From positions 1 through 36,407 of the forward strand of contig JBDKFG010000051.1 in NCBI GenBank assembly GCA_039798785.1: a DNA stretch of 36,407 bases, given 5' to 3'. Of the stretch, positions 27,193 to 36,407 are shown one piece after another; the stretch's first letter is position 1; each line of letters opens with the position of its first letter. The translations under genes and the position numbers were made by a program. The notes beneath the pieces were generated by a model that worked only from the letters and a program-made list of their open reading frames with translations, was not told where the DNA came from and did no database searches. The DNA comes from Verrucomicrobiota bacterium. GTDB taxonomy: Bacteria; Verrucomicrobiota; Lentisphaeria; Lentisphaerales; Lentisphaeraceae.

Positions 27193-27222
27193 GCCGGGAG
27201 CTTTGCGCTCCCGGTTTTCTTT
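27193..27222 (+). terminator. Rho-independent terminator
   Basis: GCCGGGAGC-TTTGC-GCTCCCGGT followed by TTTCTTT. Confidence 0.75.
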
Positions 27223-27313
27223 GCCCATGAGAATCCCCGGGCAGCCCCCTGCAAAATATCGAAAAGGGGTTAGTTTCCGCCGCTTGAAATCACATCATCC
27301 CAAAGGTCCCGCC

Positions 27314-28795
<1,482 letters not shown>

Positions 28796-28839
28796 CCTCT
28801 GTCGGGAGCTCATTTGATCTTGCTTCTTCGGGTTCCATC

Positions 28840-30147
28840 ATGAAAGAATCCCCAGCTGACGCGTTGAGTTTTTTCGGTGCAGAGAAAGAGTCCTTGCGCT
28901 GCCGTCTCGACGGGAGCCTCGCCACCAGCCCCCATCCCGCGGCGATGGGGGATCCTTTGACTTGCCCGTGGCTGACCACTGACTTCCTCGAGGCCCAGCT
29001 CGAAATCATCACCACTCCTCAGGCCTCTGCTGCGGAGCTCCATCGTGAACTGGGTCGCCTGACTGAGGCATGCCGGAGGATGCTTCCAGCCGATGAGCTG
29101 CTTTGGCCCGGCTCGGCTCCCTGCTGGCTCGGGACCGATGAAGAACTGATTCTGGCCCGCTACGGAGAGCAGGGGGAGGGGCCGAGGCGGGAACTCTATC
29201 GTCGAGGCTTGAAACGCCGCGGCGGCGCCCGGCGGCAGGCTCTCTGCGGGCTCCATCTCAACTGGTCGCCCGGTCCCGCATTGCGCGCCGGCATCCCGGC
29301 CGAGGAGGTCAGCCGCCGCCTCGTCCGGGCCGCCGCCATACTCAGTCGCGACTCCCAAGTGCTGGTCTGGATCGGCGGCGCCAGTCCATGCCTTCACCAC
29401 AGTTTCTTCGGCGGACTTGAGCCGGGAGCGGATCTGTTCGATCCGCAAGCCTGCTCTCTTCGCCTCGGTTCGCATGGCTACCGTCTGGAGGAGCAGGATG
29501 CCATCGTCCTTGATTATTCCTCGCCTCAAGCCTGGGGGCGCTCGCTGCAGGCGGCAATGGCTCAGCCGCATCCGCGTCCCGAGTTGCGCCGGACGCATGA
29601 CCAGACGGGGAGCCCCTTGCAGCTCGGCGGCGGCCTGCTGCAGACGGAATCGGAGCTCTACGCGCCGGTGCGCCCGAAAGCCGCGACCCGCCCGGGCGAG
29701 AGCCTGCTTCAAGTCTTTGCCGAAGGCAGATGCGATTGGCTGGAGTTGCGTGTGCCCGATCTCGACCCCTACCACTCGCAAGGATGCTCACTCGAGTTCC
29801 TTGAGATGGCCGAGCTCTTATTCCTGCTTTCCTGGTTCGAGTCGGAGGATTCCGCCGGAGAGCTTTGCTCCCTGGCGGATATCAGCGCTCCGGCACGGCA
29901 GGTCGCGGCCCATGGGCGAATCCGTCCCCCGCACCTCGCAGAGCTCAATCTCCGCTTGCAATCCTTGCGGGGCCGTCTCCCGGATCCGTACCGGCGCCAG
30001 TCGGAAAAGGCGCTGCGCCGCCTGGAGGATGGCGCGACCGGACGCGCGACTTTGCTCAGCGCGGACGTAGAAGCTGGCTGCCGGAAGGAGGGATTCCTGG
30101 ACTTCCACCTTCGGCGTGCGCTGACAGCCCTTCCGCCTCAGCAATGA
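28840..30147 (+). CDS. gshA: Glutamate--cysteine ligase (E. coli GshA-type), divergent
   Basis: GxEKESLR, HP..MG..LT.PWLTTDFxEAQLEIIT, WPxSxP, YRRGL, GLHLNWS, SLR...GY, QxExELYAPVRPK, ELRxxDLDP. Confidence 0.85.
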   Translation: MKESPADALSFFGAEKESLRCRLDGSLATSPHPAAMGDPLTCPWLTTDFLEAQLEIITTPQASAAELHRELGRLTEACRRMLPADELLWPGSAPCWLGTDEELILARYGEQGEGPRRELYRRGLKRRGGARRQALCGLHLNWSPGPALRAGIPAEEVSRRLVRAAAILSRDSQVLVWIGGASPCLHHSFFGGLEPGADLFDPQACSLRLGSHGYRLEEQDAIVLDYSSPQAWGRSLQAAMAQPHPRPELRRTHDQTGSPLQLGGGLLQTESELYAPVRPKAATRPGESLLQVFAEGRCDWLELRVPDLDPYHSQGCSLEFLEMAELLFLLSWFESEDSAGELCSLADISAPARQVAAHGRIRPPHLAELNLRLQSLRGRLPDPYRRQSEKALRRLEDGATGRATLLSADVEAGCRKEGFLDFHLRRALTALPPQQ

Positions 30148-30313
30148 CGCGCAATCCCGCCCGCCCCGCGCCGATTCCACGAGTCTTCGTCCTGCGTCTC
30201 CTGGAGCGATCTGTTTTCGGCTCAGTCGGATCGGGAAAATCAGCGCCGGGCAGCCTTTCGATCCGTCAAGCCGGGTTATTCTTCTCGGCGAAAAATCAAA
30301 CCAGGATACGATC

Positions 30314-32032
30314 ATGACCGCTGCTTCGTGGGCTTCGAGCTCCGCTTCCGAATTCCTTCTCGCCCTCCTCTCCTGGCTCGCCGCCTGGTCCGGGCTGGAT
30401 CCCGTCCTGCTTCTGGAATTCGGCCGGAATTTCGTCCTCGTGCCGACAAGTCCGGGCCTGCGACTGGCCATGCTCCTCTCGGTGCTCGTCGTCGCCGCTA
30501 CGATGCTTCTCAGGGATCGCGGATTCCGGCTCCCCTTGGCGCTGAGCTTCGCCGGCGCCGCCTTGACGATCCCCGTGCAGCGCTTGCTTGCGCCGCTGCT
30601 GCCGGCGGACTGCTCGGCGACGGGCCTGTCGGCGGCCTGGGCTCTGTGCTTCTTTGCGGTGATCGCCTTGCTGATCCACAAGAAGCCAGCGGCCGCAAGC
30701 TCTGAGGCGCCGCCGCCCTCTTTGCTGCTTCCTCTGCTTTGCGGCGCCTCGACCGTGGCGGCGGTGATCCCCGGCCTGCCGGCGGCCGGCCTGGCCCTCG
30801 CCGCGGCGGCGCTTGGCCGCCACTCGCCGGCCGCTGCTTGGAAGCTGGCGGCCGCGGCCGCCTTGCCGGGCCTGTCCCTTCACGCCTTGCAGGCGGCAGG
30901 CGAGTGGAGAGGCAATGTCTTCGCCAGTCCATCGCCGGTGATCCTCTCTGTCGTAATGATGGGCCTCGTCTTCGCCGGACTCCTGATCTGGCCACGCCTG
31001 CTGCGCGGGTTGGAGGATTGCGGCCTGCGTTGGACAGCCTGGGCCGCGCTCGTCCTGGCGCTTGCGATGATGTGGGCGATGAACCGTCACATGCCCCACC
31101 AGCAGCGGGTGATGGAGGTCATGGGGACCGGCGCCGAAGTTCAGTTCTGGTGCAATCCGGTCGAAGCCGATCGCCTTGCCAAGATCGCCTTCGACGAGTT
31201 TGCCGCCACTGATCTCGAGCTCAGTCTTTACAAGCCGGAAAGTGAACTCAGCCGTCTCAACCGCGAGGCGGCTGAACGTGATTTTCCTTGCGGGGAGCGG
31301 CTGTGGCGGAATCTCGTCGCGGCGGAACAGGCATGGAAGCTGTCGGGCGGCGCCTTCGACGTCACCATCGGCCCCTTGATGCGTCTCTGGGGCTTTTACG
31401 GCAAGAGGAATTCCGAGCCGGACGAGGCAGAGATCAACGAAGTGCTGAAGCGGACCGGCTTCCATCATGTGCGCCTCGATCACGCCCGCAAGACCTGCCG
31501 CTTCCTGCGGCCAGGCGTCGAAATCGATCTCGGAGGCATCGCCAAGGGCCTCGCGGTCGACCGCGCGGTCGAGCTCTTGCAGCAAGCGGGGTGCCGGCGC
31601 GGCCTGGTCGACCTGGCGGGCAATCTCAGGGTCTTCGGACCGCCGCCGCCCCATGCCCCCGCCTATGCCATCGGCGTCAAGGATCCGCGCGACAAGTCCG
31701 CTGTGCTCGCCTCGGCGCAATTGCTGGAGCAGTCGACTTCGACCAGCGGCAGCTATGAGCGTTTCGTCATCTACCAGGGTAGGAAATGGCCTCACATCAT
31801 CGATCCCCGCACCGGAAGGCCGCGGCTGGGGGCGGATTCGGTCAGCATCGTCTGTCCCTCCGCGATGTGGGCCGACATCCTGTCTACGACTCTTTTTGTC
31901 GCCGGCCCGGAAGCGGCAGCCCCATTCGAAGCGGTGGCGGGGCCGATCTCCTTCCTCTGGGTCGAACTGCCTTCAGGAGCGCCGGTGAAGGCGATTCGCG
32001 GGGGGGGCGCCTTCCAGCAGCCGGTGAAATGA
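30314..32032 (+). CDS. apbE: FAD:protein FMN transferase (ApbE) fused to a ~260-aa polytopic membrane domain
   Basis: C-terminal half has MGT, SELSRLN, GAFDVTIGPL..LWGF, DLGGIAKG.AVD, STSGSYER, HIIDPRTG, ADILST. N-terminal half has several hydrophobic helices in the same frame. Confidence 0.88.
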   Translation: MTAASWASSSASEFLLALLSWLAAWSGLDPVLLLEFGRNFVLVPTSPGLRLAMLLSVLVVAATMLLRDRGFRLPLALSFAGAALTIPVQRLLAPLLPADCSATGLSAAWALCFFAVIALLIHKKPAAASSEAPPPSLLLPLLCGASTVAAVIPGLPAAGLALAAAALGRHSPAAAWKLAAAAALPGLSLHALQAAGEWRGNVFASPSPVILSVVMMGLVFAGLLIWPRLLRGLEDCGLRWTAWAALVLALAMMWAMNRHMPHQQRVMEVMGTGAEVQFWCNPVEADRLAKIAFDEFAATDLELSLYKPESELSRLNREAAERDFPCGERLWRNLVAAEQAWKLSGGAFDVTIGPLMRLWGFYGKRNSEPDEAEINEVLKRTGFHHVRLDHARKTCRFLRPGVEIDLGGIAKGLAVDRAVELLQQAGCRRGLVDLAGNLRVFGPPPPHAPAYAIGVKDPRDKSAVLASAQLLEQSTSTSGSYERFVIYQGRKWPHIIDPRTGRPRLGADSVSIVCPSAMWADILSTTLFVAGPEAAAPFEAVAGPISFLWVELPSGAPVKAIRGGGAFQQPVK

Positions 32033-32057
32033 GCCTCGGTCCGCCCCTGCGGCGCTG

Positions 32058-32119
32058 GCAATTGTGCAATTGCGCAATTGCGGCGGAGATCTTGACAGGA
32101 TTGCCGCCGGCCCTATCTT
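32058..32119 (+). promoter_or_regulatory. Putative coaE-rho promoter preceded by three GCAATTGY palindromic repeats
   Basis: GCAATTGT-GCAATTGC-GCAATTGC at 32058-32081; TTGACA (32092)-N16-TATCTT (32114). Confidence 0.55.
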
Positions 32120-32200
32120 CGCCGTGTCCGCCACGCAGCAGCGTGGCGCTTGGATGACGCAGCGCCCCCGGCTTTCAGGGGATCCCCCAAGACCCAGTTG

Positions 32201-32836
32201 ATGCCCATAAACCCGTCTCATCTGCCGTTGAAGAATGCTCCGCCTGCCCTGATTGTCGGGTTGAGCGGCGGCATCGCCATGGGCAAAAGCGCGGCCTTGG
32301 AGATCTTCGCCGAATTGGGCGCCGCCGTCCAGGATGCAGACCAGGTGGTGCACAGGCTGCTCCGCGAGGATGCCGCCTTGCAGGGACAGATCGCCGGACG
32401 TTGGGGGAGGCAGCTCCTCGGCGCCGATGGAGTTGATCGCAAGATGTTGGCAGTCAAGGTCTTCGGAAATGATGTTGAGCTGGCGGCTCTGGAGGCGATG
32501 ATCCATCCTCGCGTCCGCGAAGCCATCGATGCCGCACTCGTCCCAGGCAGGCTCAACGTCATCGCCGTGCCTCTGCTCTTCGAAAAGGGCTGGGCCGAAC
32601 GCTTCGATCTCACCGTCGCGGTCTGGAGCACGCCTGAGCAGCAGCGACGCCGCCTCGCCGCCCGCGGCTGGACGGAGGCTGAAAGCGCCGCACGCCTCGC
32701 CGCCCAGATGTGCGCCGATGAAAAGCTGAAGCGTGCCGATCATGGTCTGATCAACGACCGAGATCTCCAGCATTTGAAACAACAGATAGCCGAACTCCTC
32801 ACTTCACTTAGCGACCAGACAGGAAAAACTTCATGA
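32201..32836 (+). CDS. coaE: Dephospho-CoA kinase
   Basis: IVGLSGGIAMGKS, DADQVVH, VDRKMLA..VF, LEAMIHPRV, VPLLFE, RLAAQM, AD..I.N; ATGA overlap with rho. Start uncertain. Confidence 0.93.
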   Translation: MPINPSHLPLKNAPPALIVGLSGGIAMGKSAALEIFAELGAAVQDADQVVHRLLREDAALQGQIAGRWGRQLLGADGVDRKMLAVKVFGNDVELAALEAMIHPRVREAIDAALVPGRLNVIAVPLLFEKGWAERFDLTVAVWSTPEQQRRRLAARGWTEAESAARLAAQMCADEKLKRADHGLINDRDLQHLKQQIAELLTSLSDQTGKTS

Positions 32837-34983
32837 ACGATCACACCGACGAAACCCCCGCCGAGGGCGAAGCCAAAAAGCGTCGCGGGCGTCCCGCCGC
32901 TTCCGCCAAAAACAAGACCGAGCCCGCGGTCGTTCAGGAAGCTCCTCCGACCAAAATCACGCTTCGTGACGCCTTGGCTGCCAAAGCCGCCAAAGCTGCC
33001 AAGGCCAAAGCTGATGCTGAAGCCAGCCCGGCTGCAGAGGATATTTCGACCAAGCCTGCAAGCAAAGGTCCGCGCCGCCGGGTGAAGGATGAAGCTCCGG
33101 TGGCCGCTGAAACTGCCGCGCATGCGGCTCCCGCAAGCCCCGCGCATGCGGCTCCCGCAAGTCCCGCGCATGCGGCTCCCGCAAGTCCCGCGCATGCCCC
33201 GGCGCCCCTCGTGGATGCCAACGGTCCGAACGCTCTTGAGCGGCTTTTCGCCGCGTCGGAGGCGAAGGAGGCTGCCGCTCCCGTGCCGGCCGCCTTGAAA
33301 TTGTCCGAGCCACCTGTTCCGGCTCCCGAGCTGCGAGAGGCGGATCCTTATGTCGATGACCGCAAGATCGTGATCAAGGAGGTTCCGCCTGCCGACGACG
33401 CCACGGCGAACGCCTTCTTTGCTCTCGTCTCCAATAAGCTCAGCCAGGTGAAGTCGCTGCCGCCGCCGGCGATCGAGCCAGATCCGCTTCTGCCGCCTCC
33501 CCGCCGCCGCGAGGAAGCCCGGGCCGTCGTCCCGGAAGGCCGCCGCGAGGCGCCGCCGGAAGGCCGCCGCGACCAGGGGCGGGAACGCGACCGTGAGCCT
33601 CCGCGAGACAGCCGCGAAGCCCGGATGCAGGAGAAGTTCAGCCGCAACCGCGCCCGCGGTCTCCCGGAAGACTTCGAGCTCGAAGACGAGGAACGCCGCC
33701 TGATCGAGGCAGCCGCCTCGGGCGAAGCCGGACTCGATATCGCCGAGCTCAACGCCAAGTCGATGCAGGAGCTCAACGACCTCGCCCTCGATCTCGGCAT
33801 CGAAGGCACCGGTTCGATCGGCAAGCAGGACCTCGTCCATGAGATCATCAAGCACAAGTCGAAGGAACGCGGCGTCCTCTTCGGCGGCGGCGTCCTCGAA
33901 CTCAACGGCCAGGAGGGCTTCGGCTTCCTCCGCAACCCGGAATACTCCTTCCAACCCAACCCTGAAGACATCTACCTGTCGCCCACCCAGGTGAAGCGCT
34001 ATTCGCTGCGCACCGGCGACACCATCATGGGCCAATTCCGCGCTCCGCGCGAGAAGGAGCGCTACTTCTGCATGCTCAAGATCGACTCGGTGAACGGCGA
34101 CCCGCCGATGTCGAAAAAGTCGAAGATCCCCTTCGAGTCCCTAACTCCTGACTTCCCCAACAAGCGCCTGGTGATGGAGGATCGCCCCGATAACATCCCG
34201 ATGCGAGTCCTTGACCTGGTCACCCCCATCGGCGCCGGCCAGCGCGGCCTCATCGTCGCCCCGCCCCGCACCGGCAAGACCGTCCTGATGCAGCAGATCG
34301 CCCAGTCGATCGCCACCAACAACCCCGAGGCGCACCTCATCGTCCTTCTCATCGATGAACGCCCCGAGGAAGTCACCGACATGAAGCGCGTCGTCCGCGG
34401 TGAAGTCATCGCCTCGACCTTCGACGAACCCCAGTCGCGCCATATCCAGGTCGCTGAAATGGTGATCGAAAAGGCCCGCCGCCTGGTCGAACACGGCCGT
34501 CACGTCATCATTCTGCTGGACTCCATCACCCGCCTCGCCCGCGCCTACAACGCGGCGCAGCCGAACTCCGGCAAGATCATGTCCGGTGGTCTCGATACCA
34601 ACGCCTTGACCAAGCCGAAGCGCTTCTTCGGCGCCGCCCGCAACGTCCAGGAAGGCGGCTCGCTGACCATCCTCGCCACCGCCTTGGTCGACACCGGATC
34701 CACCATGGACGAAGTGATCTTCCAGGAATTCAAAGGCACAGGCAATATGGAGATCCACCTCGACCGTGGCCTGGTCGACAAACGCATCTTCCCGGCCATC
34801 AACATCGAGAAGTCCGGCACCCGCAAGGAGGAGCTGCTCCTTCATCCTGACGAGAAGGAGCGGGTCTGGAAGCTGCGTCGCGCCCTCCTCGGCATGCCGC
34901 CGGCGGAAGCCATGCAGCTTCTCGTCAACGGCGTCAAGAAAACCAAGTCGAATCCGCAATTCCTCATGACTTTGCAGGTTTGA
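32833..34983 (+). CDS. rho: Transcription termination factor Rho with long N-terminal extension
   Basis: GVLE...[81 protein letters not shown]. Confidence 0.97.
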   Translation: MNDHTDETPAEGEAKKRRGRPAASAKNKTEPAVVQEAPPTKITLRDALAAKAAKAAKAKADAEASPAAEDISTKPASKGPRRRVKDEAPVAAETAAHAAPASPAHAAPASPAHAAPASPAHAPAPLVDANGPNALERLFAASEAKEAAAPVPAALKLSEPPVPAPELREADPYVDDRKIVIKEVPPADDATANAFFALVSNKLSQVKSLPPPAIEPDPLLPPPRRREEARAVVPEGRREAPPEGRRDQGRERDREPPRDSREARMQEKFSRNRARGLPEDFELEDEERRLIEAAASGEAGLDIAELNAKSMQELNDLALDLGIEGTGSIGKQDLVHEIIKHKSKERGVLFGGGVLELNGQEGFGFLRNPEYSFQPNPEDIYLSPTQVKRYSLRTGDTIMGQFRAPREKERYFCMLKIDSVNGDPPMSKKSKIPFESLTPDFPNKRLVMEDRPDNIPMRVLDLVTPIGAGQRGLIVAPPRTGKTVLMQQIAQSIATNNPEAHLIVLLIDERPEEVTDMKRVVRGEVIASTFDEPQSRHIQVAEMVIEKARRLVEHGRHVIILLDSITRLARAYNAAQPNSGKIMSGGLDTNALTKPKRFFGAARNVQEGGSLTILATALVDTGSTMDEVIFQEFKGTGNMEIHLDRGLVDKRIFPAINIEKSGTRKEELLLHPDEKERVWKLRRALLGMPPAEAMQLLVNGVKKTKSNPQFLMTLQV
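33118..33198 (+). repeat. 24-bp coding tandem repeat (3 copies plus a partial one) encoding AHAAPASP in Rho
   Basis: GCGCATGCGGCTCCCGCAAG(C/T)CCC units start at 33118, 33142 and 33166. Confidence 0.95.
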
Positions 34984-35061
34984 GCCGTCAAATGCCGCCC
35001 CAGAGTCGCGTATCTCTAGTGCTCTGATACTCCCAAACCCCGAAAACACAGGAAGCCCGTC

Positions 35062-36093
35062 ATGATCAAGAAATTCTCCTGCCTCCTCGCCTTGAGCCTC
35101 GGCCTCGCCGCATCCGCCGCCACCAACGAGGAGCTCACCGAACGCCTCCCCGAGAACTGCAACATGGTGATGACCATGGATATCGAAAAGCTTCTTGCGA
35201 TCCCCGCAGTGAAGAAGCAGCTCGACGACAAGGCCGGCATGATGCCCGAACAGCTCGCCCAGATGGAACTCGCCAAGAAGCTCGGCTTCGGTCCCGATTC
35301 TCTCGAACGCATGGTCATCGGCATGAAGGTCTCCCAATCTGAAGTCGAGACCGGCAAGCAGCCCGAGATGGCCGCCATCCTCTCCACCAAGAAGCCGATG
35401 GACCTTGCAGCCGCCCTCACCATCGCCAAGGCCGACGCCAAGGCGGGCATCACCGTCGAGGAGAAGAAGTACCAAGGCACCGCCTGCTATGTCATCACCA
35501 AGGCGGATCAGCCTTTCCCGGTCGTCGTCGCTCAGCTCAGCCCGACCACTGCGGTCCTCGGCACCAAGAACTTTGCCCTCCTCTCCATCGGAACCGCCAA
35601 GGCCGGCGCCAAGTCGCTCGCCAAAAACAAGGCGGTGATGACCGAGCTCGGCGCCTTGAAGGGCCTCTTCGGTCTCTACTTCGCCCTCACTGAAGCCGAC
35701 AAGGCGAAGATGGCCGCAGATGCCGCCGTCGCCGCCCAGAACGGCCAGGCCAACCCGATGTCCAACATGGCTCAGTCCTTCCAGGGATTCACTCTCAACG
35801 CTGACTATGCCAACAACGCCCTCTCGCTTGACGGAGTCATCACTTGCAAGGACGCCAACGGCGCCATGGGCATGGCCGGCATGGCCCAGATGGGCGCGAT
35901 GTTCCTCGCCGACCCCAAGATCGGCGTCCCGCCCGGCGCCTACAAAGCCGCCGCCGAAGGCAATAAGGTCAAGATCAGCCTCGCCCTTGATCAGGCTGTC
36001 CTTGACAAGATGGCCGCGAACGCGAAAAACGCCCAGGCTGGCGGCCTTGAGCTGACCCCTGACGAGCCGGTGCTTCCTGCCGGCGACAAATAA
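35062..36093 (+). CDS. Exported hypothetical protein
   Basis: 343-aa ORF with signal peptide [23 protein letters not shown] upstream, strong C-ending codon bias and its own terminator. Confidence 0.85.
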   Translation: MIKKFSCLLALSLGLAASAATNEELTERLPENCNMVMTMDIEKLLAIPAVKKQLDDKAGMMPEQLAQMELAKKLGFGPDSLERMVIGMKVSQSEVETGKQPEMAAILSTKKPMDLAAALTIAKADAKAGITVEEKKYQGTACYVITKADQPFPVVVAQLSPTTAVLGTKNFALLSIGTAKAGAKSLAKNKAVMTELGALKGLFGLYFALTEADKAKMAADAAVAAQNGQANPMSNMAQSFQGFTLNADYANNALSLDGVITCKDANGAMGMAGMAQMGAMFLADPKIGVPPGAYKAAAEGNKVKISLALDQAVLDKMAANAKNAQAGGLELTPDEPVLPAGDK

Positions 36094-36115
36094 TCCTCAT
36101 CGGATTGTTCGGGAC

Positions 36116-36143
36116 GGGACGGCTGAGGCCGTCCTGTTTTTTT
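36116..36143 (+). terminator. Rho-independent terminator
   Basis: GGGACGGC-TGAG-GCCGTCCT followed by GTTTTTTT. Confidence 0.8.
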
Positions 36144-36199
36144 AGCGACGAGAAATGGCAGAAAAGGTGTCATCAGGCGCAAGGCGGGAGGCTAGGCTC

Positions 36200-36228
36200 T
36201 TGCCGCGATTCCAATGGCGTTTTATACT
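36200..36228 (+). promoter_or_regulatory. Putative sigma70 promoter of glmS
   Basis: TTGCCG-N17-TATACT, 35 bp before ATG 36264. Confidence 0.6.
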
Positions 36229-36263
36229 CGCACAAATTCATTTCAAACCCCAGGACTTCCTCC

Positions 36264-36407
36264 ATGTGCGGCATCGTCGCTTACGTCGGCTCCAAGCCGG
36301 CCTCTGACATCCTCCTCAACGGCCTCCGCCGGCTCGAATACCGCGGCTACGACTCCGCCGGCCTGACGGTGATGAGCGGCGGCCTTCTCGCCACCCTCAA
36401 GTCGCCT
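36264..36407 (+). CDS. glmS: Glutamine--fructose-6-phosphate transaminase, 5' end (runs off the right edge)
   Basis: Manual translation [34 protein letters not shown] is the GlmS N-terminal signature. Not in the ORF track. Confidence 0.95.
   Translation, partial: MCGIVAYVGSKPASDILLNGLRRLEYRGYDSAGLTVMSGGLLATLKSP

Noticed and set aside
36094..36263. glmS ribozyme upstream of glmS
   Set aside because: The space is taken by a terminator and a promoter, leaving a leader of about 30 nt; no ribozyme core is visible.

Overview
A GC-rich bacterial chromosomal segment of mostly core genes. The coaE-rho coupling, a Zn-ribbon Ser/Thr kinase and the family of the CrtI-like oxidoreductase suggest a PVC-superphylum organism, possibly Lentisphaerae-like (inference). 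From left to right: a probable sigma54-driven MCP-cheA operon (cheA runs off the left edge and is absent from the ORF track); a divergent tandem-hemerythrin gene; a 209-bp MITE-like element; recD2; a membrane protein; era; an RlmD-type RNA methyltransferase; a membrane-anchored Ser/Thr kinase; a 10-kb gene for a 3341-aa VCBS/RTX surface protein; hemN with an upstream outer-membrane beta-barrel gene; a short protein that looks like a degenerate DyP peroxidase; a GNAT; a TonB-dependent receptor; a phytoene-desaturase-like oxidoreductase; a gammaproteobacterial-type gshA; an ApbE fused to a polytopic membrane domain; coaE; rho with a ~300-aa disordered N-terminal extension; an exported hypothetical protein; and the start of glmS. 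I saw no rRNA, tRNA, CRISPR array or transposase. The best leads are the His-less DyP-like protein beside hemN and two outer-membrane transport genes, the membrane-fused ApbE, the giant surface protein, the His-to-Cys hemerythrin next to a chemosensory operon, and AT-rich intergenic elements built from inverted short-repeat arrays. All assignments come from motif recognition by eye; no searches were run.
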